Part shown: one piece after another, positions 19,940-29,099 of the stretch
Layout: each line of letters begins with the position of its first letter
How positions within the stretch are numbered: the first letter of the stretch is position 1
Assembly: GCA_040755995.1 (NCBI GenBank)
Contig: JBFMAF010000049.1
Coordinates: forward strand, 128,001 to 192,000
Reading direction: 5' to 3'
Length of the DNA stretch: 64,000 bases
Origin: Acidobacteriota bacterium
Lineage (GTDB): Bacteria > Acidobacteriota > CAIWXX01
Notes under the pieces: model-generated
Database searches by the model: none
Seen by the model: the letters and a program-made list of their open reading frames with translations, nothing else
Told to the model about the DNA's origin: nothing
Translations under genes and position numbers: made by a program

Positions 19940-21862
19940 ATGCGCCTCTATAGAGCTGAGATTCCTGACTGCAAGTACTGGCAGAAGCGCGTGCTCTGCC
20001 AGGTGGGCTGCCCCGTGTCGACCGATGCCGGCCGATACGTACAGCTCATCGCCGAAGGCCGCATCAAGGATGCGTATCTGACGGCGCGCTCGCCGAATCC
20101 GCTGGCCTCAGTCTGCGGCCGCGTGTGCGCCGCACCGTGCGAAGACCGCTGCCGGCGGGGATTCATCGACGCGCCGATCTCGATCCGCGCCCTCAAACGA
20201 TTCCTGTGCGAGCGCTACGGGGCGGAGAGCAGCCGGCCGGACACCGTGAACGAGCTGTTCGGAAACGCTTACGAGCCTGGCAACAAGTATCCCTGGCACA
20301 TACCGCTGATGACTCGATCCGGCAGCGGCCGCCGCGTAGCCGTCATCGGCGCAGGGCCGGCCGGCCTGGCCTGCGCCCACGATCTTGCGCTGATGGGCTA
20401 CAAGGTCACGCTCTTCGAATCGGCCGAGACGCTCGGCGGCATGCTCCGTCTCGGCATCCCCGAGTACCGGCTGCCGCGATCCGTCATCGAGATGGAGATC
20501 GCCGAGATCGTGGCGCTCGGCGTCGAGCTCAAGACGTCTCACCCGGTCGGCCCGGACTTCGGCCTGGCCGCCCTCCGCCGCGCCGGACATGAGGCGGTTT
20601 TCATCGGAGTCGGTGTCCAGCGCGGGCGCGGTTTGAGCGTCCCGGGTGTCGAGCTCGACGGCGTCGTCAAGGCCATCGACTTCCTTCTCAATGTCAATCG
20701 CGGCTATCGGATGAGGTTGGGATCGAAGGTCCTGGTGATCGGCGGCGGCTTCGTCGCATTCGATGCGGCCCGCATGGCGCTGCGCGAGATCTCGCTCGAA
20801 GACGCCGGCCAGGGCCTCTCGGGCGGCGGCGACCTCGCCGCAGCTCTCGACTCCGCCCGCGTAGCGCTCCGCACCGGCGCCGGCGAAGTGCACATGGCCT
20901 CGCTCGAGGCCTTTGACGAAATGCCCGTCATGAAAACCTTCCAGGGGAAGGACGAATTCGAACAGGCGACTCGCGAGGGTATAACATTCCACCCGAGACG
21001 GGGCCCGCTGCGTTTCGAGGGCGATCGCGTGATCCGGCGCGCCGTGCTGCAACGCGTCACACGCGTGTTCGACGAGACCGGGAGATTCAGCCCCGAATAC
21101 GACCCGCGCGAGACCGAGACCTTCGAGGTCGACGCCGTCATTCTGGCGATTGGACAGATGGCCGACCTCTCGTTCATCCGTCCGGAGGACGGCATCGCGC
21201 TGACGGCCGGCGGCACCATTAAGGTCGATGCCGGCAGCATGGCCACCTCGGCTCCGGGGATCTACGCCGGGGGCGACGTGGCCTTCGGTCCGAGGATCCT
21301 CATCGACGCGGTCGCCAACGGCAAGCGGGCCGCACAGTCGATCAGGGAATACCTGGATCCGGGCGCGCCGAGAATCGACGTGATGTTCAGGATCGAGCAG
21401 CTCCAGACGAGCACCTACAGGATGCCCGAGGAGTATGAGATCGCGGAGCGATCGGCTCCGCCGTCGCTCCCACTCGACCGCCGCACCGGGATCTCCGAGG
21501 TGGAGCTCGGCTATGGCGAGGCCGAGGCGAAGCGGCAGGCTGAGCGATGCCTGACATGCCACGTGAACACGATCTACGACGCCGAGAAGTGCGTCCTCTG
21601 CAACCGCTGCGTCGACATCTGTCCGGAGGACTGCTTGAAGCTGGTCCCGCTCTCGAAGGTGGAGCTCCAGTCTGAGCTCGAGCCGGAGATTCTGGAGAGC
21701 TATGCGCTGGCCGAGGGCGAGACGGCCAGCGTGATGCTGAAGGACGATACCAGGTGCATCCGCTGCGGGCTGTGCGCGATACGGTGCCCGACGAGTGCCT
21801 GGACAATGGAGAGGATGTACTTCGAGGAGAAGGCCCGTCCGGTGACGGCGAAGGAGGCTTAG
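19940..21862 (+). CDS. cytoplasmic FAD/NAD(P)-dependent iron-sulfur oxidoreductase (GltD/NfnB/DsrL-like) with C-terminal 2x[4Fe-4S] ferredoxin
   Basis: CQVGCP, CGRVCAAPCEDRC, GAGPAG, GIPEYRL, GGGFVAFD, AGGDV, ERCLTC, CVLCNRCVDICP, CIRCGLCAIRCP; no signal peptide. Confidence 0.9.
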   Translation: MRLYRAEIPDCKYWQKRVLCQVGCPVSTDAGRYVQLIAEGRIKDAYLTARSPNPLASVCGRVCAAPCEDRCRRGFIDAPISIRALKRFLCERYGAESSRPDTVNELFGNAYEPGNKYPWHIPLMTRSGSGRRVAVIGAGPAGLACAHDLALMGYKVTLFESAETLGGMLRLGIPEYRLPRSVIEMEIAEIVALGVELKTSHPVGPDFGLAALRRAGHEAVFIGVGVQRGRGLSVPGVELDGVVKAIDFLLNVNRGYRMRLGSKVLVIGGGFVAFDAARMALREISLEDAGQGLSGGGDLAAALDSARVALRTGAGEVHMASLEAFDEMPVMKTFQGKDEFEQATREGITFHPRRGPLRFEGDRVIRRAVLQRVTRVFDETGRFSPEYDPRETETFEVDAVILAIGQMADLSFIRPEDGIALTAGGTIKVDAGSMATSAPGIYAGGDVAFGPRILIDAVANGKRAAQSIREYLDPGAPRIDVMFRIEQLQTSTYRMPEEYEIAERSAPPSLPLDRRTGISEVELGYGEAEAKRQAERCLTCHVNTIYDAEKCVLCNRCVDICPEDCLKLVPLSKVELQSELEPEILESYALAEGETASVMLKDDTRCIRCGLCAIRCPTSAWTMERMYFEEKARPVTAKEA

Positions 21863-21864
21863 AG

Positions 21865-22380
21865 GTGGGGACAGGAGGAACTGAAACGGTCAGCCGCCGG
21901 GGTTTCCTCGGGAAAGCGGCGGTGGCGGCGGTTGCCGGAGGAATTCTGGCCCAGGGCATGTACTACCTGCGCGCGCTTGTGCCGAACGTGCTCTACGAGC
22001 GCCCACTGCGGTCCAAGGTCGGCCCTCCCGATCAGTTCGCAGATGGGACGACGTTTGTCGAGGAGCAGCAGGTGTTCGTGGTGAAGGAGGGCCGCTCGTT
22101 CTACGCGATGTCCGCCGTCTGCACGCACCTCGGATGCACCGTCAAGGCGGTGACACTGAACCAGCCGAAATTCATCGACGAGGCGGGTAAGCGAGTAGAG
22201 ATCAGGAGTGAATTCCACTGCCCGTGCCACGGCTCCAGATTCTACGGCGACGGGCGGAACTACGCCGGCCCGGCCCCCCGCCCGCTCGACCGCTTCAAGA
22301 TCACGCGTTCCCCGGACGATGGACAGCTGATCGTGGACCAGGGCGAGCGTGTCGGTGCCGACTACCGGTTGACGGTGTGA
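21865..22380 (+). CDS. Rieske [2Fe-2S] subunit of a Rieske/cytochrome b complex
   Basis: GTG 21865 after SD AAGGAGG; Tat motif SRRGFLG plus TM helix; CTHLGC and CPCHGS; GPAPRPL. Confidence 0.92.
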   Translation: MGTGGTETVSRRGFLGKAAVAAVAGGILAQGMYYLRALVPNVLYERPLRSKVGPPDQFADGTTFVEEQQVFVVKEGRSFYAMSAVCTHLGCTVKAVTLNQPKFIDEAGKRVEIRSEFHCPCHGSRFYGDGRNYAGPAPRPLDRFKITRSPDDGQLIVDQGERVGADYRLTV

Positions 22381-22458
22381 GCGTGAGGACCAGGGTGCGA
22401 AAGCGGCCGTAATCCGGCGGGTCACAAACGACCGGCGATCCACCTGCAAAGGAACGAT

Positions 22459-23781
22459 ATGGCAAGAAGCATTGCGGAGCGTTTCAAGGCGATGTGGCGG
22501 CAATCCACGTGGACGTGGCAGCCGCGGAGCGAGCGCGAGGCGGGAGACGCCGTCGTCCGAAATCTTCTCCTTCATTGGTTCCCGTCCAAGGTCCATCGCA
22601 TGTCGATCGCGTGGAGCACCTCGATGTACCTGGGCGTCATCTCGGCCTACCTCTTCCTTATCCTCATTCTGACCGGGCTGGGTCTCATGTTTCTGTACGT
22701 CCCCTCGGTCGAACGGGCCTACGCGTCGGTCAAGGACATCGAATTCGCGGTCTCGTTCGGGACAGTCCTGAGGGGACAGCACCGCATGGCGGCGCATCTC
22801 ATGGTGGCCGTCGTGTTCGTTCACATGGCGCGGGTCTTCTTCACAGGAGCGTACCGGTCGGCCACGGCGGCCAACGGCAATCGGGAGCTCAACTGGATCG
22901 TCGGCGTGTTCATGCTGCTGACCACACTGTTTCTTTCCTTCACCGGCTACCTGCTTCCATGGGACCAGCTGGCGTACTGGGCGATCACCGTCGGCACCAA
23001 CATCGCGCGGGCCGCGCCGCTGCTGGGCGAGCAGATGCGCTACCTGCTGCTCGGCGGAAACACAATCGACCAGAACGCGCTGCTTCGTTTCTACGTCCTG
23101 CACTGCATCTTTCTGCCGGCCGCACTCCTGCTGATGTTCTCGTACCACATGTGGCGGATCCGCAAGGACGGCGGCATGGCCGTCGTGGACCGCCTGGCCG
23201 TGCTCGAGCAGGCGGCGCCTGTGAAGACCAAGTCCTACACGCTGATGGGCATAGCGAAGGGGACGACCGTGCAGGTGGAGACCTCGGTCGTCGACGAGGA
23301 GAAAGACTGCCTGAGCTCCTCGCCGCACCTGTTGAGGAGGCTCGTGGCGGTGTTCGCCGCGACGCTGGCCGTGGTCACGGCCCTGGCGATCTTCGTTCCG
23401 GCGCCGCTCGAGACGCCCGCCGATCCCGGGTTGACGCCGAACCCGGCCAAGGCGCCGTGGTATTTCCTGTGGCTCCAGGAACTGGTCGCCGACACGACGT
23501 TCAAGGTGGGCGGCTTCACCGTCGACGGCGCGCTCGTCGGCGGAATCGTCCTCCCGGGGCTGCTGGTCGCGTTGTTGCTCGTCTGGCCGTACCTCGACCG
23601 CTCGCCCAAGGAGGCAGTGGGCTGTTGGTTCCATTCGACACGTAGTGTGCAGAACATCGTCTTCGCCGTCTCGGTCATCCTGCTTCTTGTCTTCCTGATC
23701 ATCGGCACGTTCATGCGCGGCCCATACTGGAACTTCTACTGGCCCTGGGAGAGCTGGCCCGGGATCCCGGCGAAGATATAG
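22459..23781 (+). CDS. cytochrome b (fused b6-like + subunit IV-like)
   Basis: Heme His pairs QHRMAAHLMVAVVFVH and LHCIFLPAALLLMFSYH; RELNWIVG, FTGYLLPWDQ, PNPAKAPWYF. Confidence 0.92.
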   Translation: MARSIAERFKAMWRQSTWTWQPRSEREAGDAVVRNLLLHWFPSKVHRMSIAWSTSMYLGVISAYLFLILILTGLGLMFLYVPSVERAYASVKDIEFAVSFGTVLRGQHRMAAHLMVAVVFVHMARVFFTGAYRSATAANGNRELNWIVGVFMLLTTLFLSFTGYLLPWDQLAYWAITVGTNIARAAPLLGEQMRYLLLGGNTIDQNALLRFYVLHCIFLPAALLLMFSYHMWRIRKDGGMAVVDRLAVLEQAAPVKTKSYTLMGIAKGTTVQVETSVVDEEKDCLSSSPHLLRRLVAVFAATLAVVTALAIFVPAPLETPADPGLTPNPAKAPWYFLWLQELVADTTFKVGGFTVDGALVGGIVLPGLLVALLLVWPYLDRSPKEAVGCWFHSTRSVQNIVFAVSVILLLVFLIIGTFMRGPYWNFYWPWESWPGIPAKI

Positions 23782-23796
23782 GCAGCGAGGACAGGC

Positions 23797-25020
23797 ATGT
23801 TGGACAAGACAGAACTCGAGAAGCTGCGCAGGCGAGATCAGCTGCTGGTGCTCGCAACGGCGCTGGTGTTGTTGGCGCTGACCGTGTTGCCGTATGGGGA
23901 GATCGCAACGGAAGAGTGGCGCCTGGATCAGTCGGATTTCCGCGACGTGGTGCTGGAGAAGTTCGGCCCGGAGCGCGCGGAGGAGGTGCCGAGCGGGATC
24001 CAGCAGATCTGGGTCAAGGAGCTGGGGCGCACAGACCGCTGCGTGACATGCCACTTGGGAGTGGAGTGGAAAGGGCTCGAGACTGCCGACGAACCCTTCC
24101 GCACGCATTCGCAGCGCGTGCTGGCGAAGCACCCGGTGGCCAGGTATGGGTGCACGGTCTGCCACGGAGGGCAGGGATGGGCTACCGGCGCGGACGAGGC
24201 GCACGGCTACACTGAATTCTGGGAAGAACAGTTGTTGTCTGCCTCGACGGCGGAAATGCATCTGATCAAGCAGAAGAGCGCGCTCATCGAGATGCGCTGC
24301 AACATCTGCCACCGCTACGACCGGCAGACCGAAGGGATGCCGTACGTCAACAAGGCCAGGGCGCTGGTCGTCGAAAAGGGCTGCCGCGCGTGCCATCTGA
24401 TCAACGGGCGGGGAGGCGTGCTGGGGCCCGACCTCGCGCACGAAGGCGACAAGCCGGCCGAGCAGTTCGACTATTCACGCCTCGGCGGCACTCCGTCGGT
24501 GTTCGAGTGGCACGTGGCGCACTTCAAGCAGCCGAAGTCCATGTCACCGGACACGATCATGCCCGATTTCCACTTCGGCAGCGAGGAGGCCCAGGCCCTG
24601 ACCATACTGGTCATGAGCTGGCAGCGGACGGATATCCCACTCTCGTTCATGCCCGGCGCGGTGAAGCGAGACGAGCCCACTGCGGAGGAGATCGAGACCG
24701 AGAGGGCGATGACAAGCGGGCCCGGGGCCTGGTTCGTGAAGAACAAGTGCTTTGTCTGCCACGCCGTCACCGTGTTCGGCATTCCGCAGACCACGGGTAT
24801 CGGTCCTGATCTCTCCAACGCCTGGGAGGACGCGCAGAAGCGATTCGGGCGGACGCTCGAAGATTTCCTCATGAAACCATCCGGCACGATGGACGTCGTC
24901 CTTTCGAGGCAGATCATCCTGACCGAGGCACAGAAGAAAGAGGCCATCGCTCTACTCAAGCAGGCATACGATCAGTACCTTCTCAACAAGGCGACGCAGG
25001 AAGGCACTGTCAGCAAGTAG
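23797..25020 (+). CDS. membrane-anchored pentaheme c-type cytochrome
   Basis: N-terminal TM helix; five CxxCH motifs (CVTCH, CTVCH, CNICH, CRACH, CFVCH). Confidence 0.9.
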   Translation: MLDKTELEKLRRRDQLLVLATALVLLALTVLPYGEIATEEWRLDQSDFRDVVLEKFGPERAEEVPSGIQQIWVKELGRTDRCVTCHLGVEWKGLETADEPFRTHSQRVLAKHPVARYGCTVCHGGQGWATGADEAHGYTEFWEEQLLSASTAEMHLIKQKSALIEMRCNICHRYDRQTEGMPYVNKARALVVEKGCRACHLINGRGGVLGPDLAHEGDKPAEQFDYSRLGGTPSVFEWHVAHFKQPKSMSPDTIMPDFHFGSEEAQALTILVMSWQRTDIPLSFMPGAVKRDEPTAEEIETERAMTSGPGAWFVKNKCFVCHAVTVFGIPQTTGIGPDLSNAWEDAQKRFGRTLEDFLMKPSGTMDVVLSRQIILTEAQKKEAIALLKQAYDQYLLNKATQEGTVSK

Positions 25021-25055
25021 CAAACGAAAGAAAACATCATCAGCAAGGAGGTACG

Positions 25056-26909
25056 ATGATCAGAAGACGCACAGGTCTCCTCTGGGGGGCCGTGATTCTC
25101 GGGCTGGCCGCTCTCGTGAGCATTTCGTCATGCGGGAGACCGGAGAGGCGCAAGCCGGCCGCCGCGCGATCCGACGTGGAAGAGGCGGCCCTGAAGACCT
25201 ACGTTCCACCCGGAGACCTCGACGAGTACTACATCTTCTACTCCGGCGGGCACTCGGGCAACGTATACATCGGAGGCCTCCCGTCGATGCGCCACATCTC
25301 GACCATTCCGGTCTTCGCGCCGTATCCGGCGACCGGCTACGGCTTCGACGAGGAGTCCAAGGCGATGCTCGGAAGCTTCACCTGGGGAGATGCGCACCAC
25401 CCGGCCTTGAGCGAGACCAACGGCGACTACGACGGCCGCTGGCTCTTCATCAACGACAACGCCAACAACCGCATCGCGCGGATCGACCTGCGCGACTTCA
25501 AGACCAGGCAGATTTTCGGGCCCATCCCCAACGTGTCCGGTAATCACGGGTCCTCCTTTGTGACGCCGAACACCGAGTACGCGCTCTACGCATCGCGATT
25601 CTCCGTGCCGATACCGAAAGGCACCTACGCGTCGATCAACGACTACGGGACGAAATTCAGCGGTGTGGTCGGCGCTCTGGCCATCGATCCGCAGACCGGT
25701 GCCATGAGCAATGGATGGCAGATCAAAATGCCGCCCTTCGACTTCGACCTGGGCGATGCCGGCAAGGGCGCAAGCGATGGATACGCGTTCTGGACATGCT
25801 ACAACACCGAGCGAGCCACGGGGAAACTCGAGGTGACGGCCTCCCAGCGCGAGCGCGACTACATCGCGATGGTCGACTGGAAGGCCGCCGCCCAGGCGGT
25901 CAAGGACGGGAAGACGAAGGATATCGGCGGAGTCCCGGTGATCGATCCGGCCGAGACCAAGGGGCTCGTGTGGCTGCTGCCTTGCGGCAAGAGCCCGCAC
26001 GGCGTAGATGTGAGCCCCGACGGCAAGTACATCGTCGGAAGCGGCAAGCTGCAGGCGGCCGTGACGGTCTTCAATATCGACAAGATCAAGGTTGCGATCC
26101 AGAACAAGGACTTCGAGGGCGAGGAAGACGGCATCCCGGTGCTCAAGTTCGACGCGATCAAGGACGCCGAGGTAGCAGTCGGCCTGGGACCGCTTCACAC
26201 CCAGTTCGACGACAAGGGCTATGCCTACACCAGCCTCTTCCTCGACAGCGCCGTCAGCAAGTGGAAGCTAGGCACGTGGGAGCCACTCGACAAGGTCAAC
26301 GTCCAGATCAATATCGGTCACCTGCTGGTTGTCGAAGGCGATACGGCCCACCCCGTGGGCAAGTTCTGTATCGCGATGAACAAGCTCTCCCACGGGCAGC
26401 ACCTGAATGTGGGCCCGTCGCAGCCCGAGACCTCGCAGCTCATCGACATCGAAGGCGACAAGATGCGACTGATCTACACCGCGTTCACCGAGCCCGAGCC
26501 CCACTACGCGCAGGCCATCACCGCGACAAGGCTCAAGCCGATCGAGGTCTATCTGAAAGAAGAGTCCAAGAATCCAAACGCGATCTGGGACACCAAGGAC
26601 GCGTCGGTCACGAGGTCCGGGAACAACGTGACGGTGAAGATGGTGGCGGTGCGGAGCAGCTTCGAGCCCACGGCCATCGAGGTCAACCGCGGCGACACAG
26701 TCACGATCTACCTGACCAACATCGAGCAGACCACCGACGAGCTTCACGGGTTCGGTCTCTGCGAGTACAACATCAACGTGGTCATAGATCCCGGCGAGAC
26801 GAAGACCATCAAGTTCGTGGCGAACAAGCCCGGCGTCTACCCGTACTACTGCACCAACTTCTGTTCGGCGTTGCACCAGGAGATGCAGGGGTACTTGCTC
26901 GTCAAGTAG
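25056..26909 (+). CDS. nosZ: nitrous-oxide reductase, clade II (Sec/lipoprotein type)
   Basis: SGGHSG; CuZ His motifs DAHH, GNHG, SPHG, GPLH, NIGH, EPH; CuA DELHGF...YCTNFCSALHQEM; lipobox-like VSISSC; no C-terminal heme domain. Confidence 0.96.
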   Translation: MIRRRTGLLWGAVILGLAALVSISSCGRPERRKPAAARSDVEEAALKTYVPPGDLDEYYIFYSGGHSGNVYIGGLPSMRHISTIPVFAPYPATGYGFDEESKAMLGSFTWGDAHHPALSETNGDYDGRWLFINDNANNRIARIDLRDFKTRQIFGPIPNVSGNHGSSFVTPNTEYALYASRFSVPIPKGTYASINDYGTKFSGVVGALAIDPQTGAMSNGWQIKMPPFDFDLGDAGKGASDGYAFWTCYNTERATGKLEVTASQRERDYIAMVDWKAAAQAVKDGKTKDIGGVPVIDPAETKGLVWLLPCGKSPHGVDVSPDGKYIVGSGKLQAAVTVFNIDKIKVAIQNKDFEGEEDGIPVLKFDAIKDAEVAVGLGPLHTQFDDKGYAYTSLFLDSAVSKWKLGTWEPLDKVNVQINIGHLLVVEGDTAHPVGKFCIAMNKLSHGQHLNVGPSQPETSQLIDIEGDKMRLIYTAFTEPEPHYAQAITATRLKPIEVYLKEESKNPNAIWDTKDASVTRSGNNVTVKMVAVRSSFEPTAIEVNRGDTVTIYLTNIEQTTDELHGFGLCEYNINVVIDPGETKTIKFVANKPGVYPYYCTNFCSALHQEMQGYLLVK

Positions 26910-26984
26910 AGCCGTCCCTGACGGCGCTCGCGCCCGGAGAGACCCGGGCGCGGGTGCCGGACGGGCACGGCGAAGGAGGACCAG

Positions 26985-27629
26985 ATGCGGCGATTGTTGA
27001 ACCGGGCGAATGCCTTCTTTGACTCGCCGATCGACCTGAGAAGCAGGCTCGTCGTTCTTCTCTCGACGTCGGCGCTGCTCCTGCCTACGTTTCTCTTCCC
27101 GCTGTGGCAGCTGGAGATGTATGCGAACCAATATCCGGACGGACTGCGGTTGTCCATTTACTCATACAAGCTTGCAGCCGGCAATAATGGCAACGACCTG
27201 CGCGAGATCAATACACTCAATCACTACATCGGGATGAGGGCTCTGGAGCCCCAGGACTTTTTCGAGCTCAAGTGGCTGCCCTTTGCGGTAGGGCTGTTTT
27301 TCTTCCTGGGACTGCGCGTCGTGGTGCTCGGCAAGGTTTCCAAGCTGGTGGACCTGTGCGTGCTGTTCGTCTATTTCGGGCTGTTCTCGCTCTGGAGCTT
27401 CGGCTACCGGATGTACGCCTACGGGCACACGCTGGACCCGATGGCGGCGGTCAAGATCCAGCCGTTCACGCCCCCGCTCTTCGGCCACGAGACGCTCGCG
27501 AACTTCGAGGTCTACAGCTTCCCGGGCGTGGCCGCCTACCTGCTCCTCGCTTACCCATTCTGCCTCGGGTTGGCGCTCTTCCTCTCATACCGGACCTTCC
27601 GTTCGGCCGAACGGACAGTCACAATTTGA
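26985..27629 (+). CDS. nosB: NosB-like membrane protein of clade II nos clusters
   Basis: PLW...ANQYPDGL...INTLNHYIGM and YGHTLDP motifs; directly after nosZ. Confidence 0.85.
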   Translation: MRRLLNRANAFFDSPIDLRSRLVVLLSTSALLLPTFLFPLWQLEMYANQYPDGLRLSIYSYKLAAGNNGNDLREINTLNHYIGMRALEPQDFFELKWLPFAVGLFFFLGLRVVVLGKVSKLVDLCVLFVYFGLFSLWSFGYRMYAYGHTLDPMAAVKIQPFTPPLFGHETLANFEVYSFPGVAAYLLLAYPFCLGLALFLSYRTFRSAERTVTI

Positions 27630-27703
27630 GGAAGGGGCAACCGAGCAGGCGGAATGTGAGCGCGGTCGAAGCGTCCCGCGGTTGTCGGCGTGGAAGGGTC
27701 GAC

Positions 27704-29074
27704 ATGAGAAGTGGAGAGGTGGTAGCCGGGATCGTGCTGCTTTACTACATATGTAGTAGTCCTGCGCAGCCGGGCGAGATCCGAGTACCGCAGCAGGCGC
27801 CGACGATTCGGCAGGCCCTGGCCATCGCGCAGCCCGGCGACTGCATCCGCGTCCACGGCGGTACTTACGCCGGCAATCTGATCCTGAGCAAGCCGGTCAT
27901 GCTGCATGGCGAGCACCAGCCGGTCATACGCGGCGATGGCGCGGGCTCGGTCGTCACGGTGGATGCGGATGGGTGCACCCTGCGCGGCTTCCTGATCGAA
28001 CGCTCGGGGACGGGGATGGCCCTGAGCGACGCAGGCATCTGCCTCCGGTCCTCGGGCAACACGATTCAGGGCAACCGCATCGAGAACTGCCTCTTCGGGA
28101 TGTATCTCGACCGGGCCGGCTCCAACCGCATCCAGGACAACGATATCCAGGGGATGCGTGAGAGGGAGATCGGCGAGCGAGGCAGCGGGATACACCTCTA
28201 CGACAGCCATAACAACTCGATCGAGGGCAACACAGTGGCCGACGCGCGCGACGGGATCTACTTCGATCACGCCAACTGGAACTGCGTCCGCTGGTGTTCC
28301 TTCACCGCCTCGCGCTACGGCGTCCATTACATGTCATCCGACGACAATACCTTCACAGGAAACCGATTCGCCGGGTGCATGGCCGGAGCCACCATCATGT
28401 TCTCACGGCGGCTGCTCTTCGACGGCAACTGGTTCGTTCAGAACCGCGGTTTCTCTTCGGTTGGGGCGCTGCTCAAGGATTGTTACGACACCACCGCAGT
28501 CAACAATCTCTTCGCAGACAACAGCACCGGCATGCTGCTCGACAACTCCATGAACAACTCCTTCCGCCGCAACGAGATCCTCCGCAACGACGTCGCGCTC
28601 TACCTCTTCAGTGGATCCGACGCCAACGTCTTCGCCGAAAACAATTTCCGAGAAAACCTGAGCCCGATCAGGCTCCTCGGCAAACGGTCCACGACGCGCT
28701 GGTCGGCAGACGGGCGCGGGAACTACTGGAGCGACTACGAGGGGTATGACATGGACGGCGACGGCATCGGAGACGTGCCGCACAAGATTCAGAACGTCTT
28801 CGAATTTCTGGAAAGCGAGCATCCGCCACTGCGGTTCTTCCTGGTCTCCCCGGTGGCCGCCGCGATGAAAGCCGGCGAAGACGCGTTTCCGATGTTCGAG
28901 TTCAGTCGCGAAGTCGACACGGCACCGCTCATGCACCCCGTCGACATCTCCTACGGATCGCGATGGCGGATAGCCGCGGACACGACGCTGCGGCTGCCCG
29001 TGACCGCGGGCCTTGCCGGAATGAGCGTGTGCCTCGCCTTCGCGGCCGGCAGCCGCCGGATTCGACGGCGTTGA
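27704..29074 (+). CDS. nosD: nitrous-oxide reductase maturation protein (CASH beta-helix)
   Basis: RDGIY, RYGVHYM, GNYWSDY.GYD.DGDGIGDVP; start ATG 27704. Confidence 0.92.
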   Translation: MRSGEVVAGIVLLYYICSSPAQPGEIRVPQQAPTIRQALAIAQPGDCIRVHGGTYAGNLILSKPVMLHGEHQPVIRGDGAGSVVTVDADGCTLRGFLIERSGTGMALSDAGICLRSSGNTIQGNRIENCLFGMYLDRAGSNRIQDNDIQGMREREIGERGSGIHLYDSHNNSIEGNTVADARDGIYFDHANWNCVRWCSFTASRYGVHYMSSDDNTFTGNRFAGCMAGATIMFSRRLLFDGNWFVQNRGFSSVGALLKDCYDTTAVNNLFADNSTGMLLDNSMNNSFRRNEILRNDVALYLFSGSDANVFAENNFRENLSPIRLLGKRSTTRWSADGRGNYWSDYEGYDMDGDGIGDVPHKIQNVFEFLESEHPPLRFFLVSPVAAAMKAGEDAFPMFEFSREVDTAPLMHPVDISYGSRWRIAADTTLRLPVTAGLAGMSVCLAFAAGSRRIRRR

Positions 29075-29099
29075 TCCCACGATCGGGAGCCGCAGGAGC

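Noticed and set aside
19940..21862. Glutamate synthase small subunit (gltD) or dsrL assignment
   Set aside because: No gltB or dsr genes are adjacent, and the gene is tightly coupled to the Rieske gene; only family-level similarity is supported.
21859..24441. 860-aa minus-strand ORF and similar long antisense ORFs (e.g. 10572-11927, 33498-35009, 62944-63996)
   Set aside because: Shadow frames of well-supported genes in GC-rich DNA, with no motifs or SD.
25056..25140. Tat signal on NosZ (RRR)
   Set aside because: No S/T-RR-x-FLK consensus; the short hydrophobic stretch ends in a lipobox-like Cys, and nosB follows, as in clade II.
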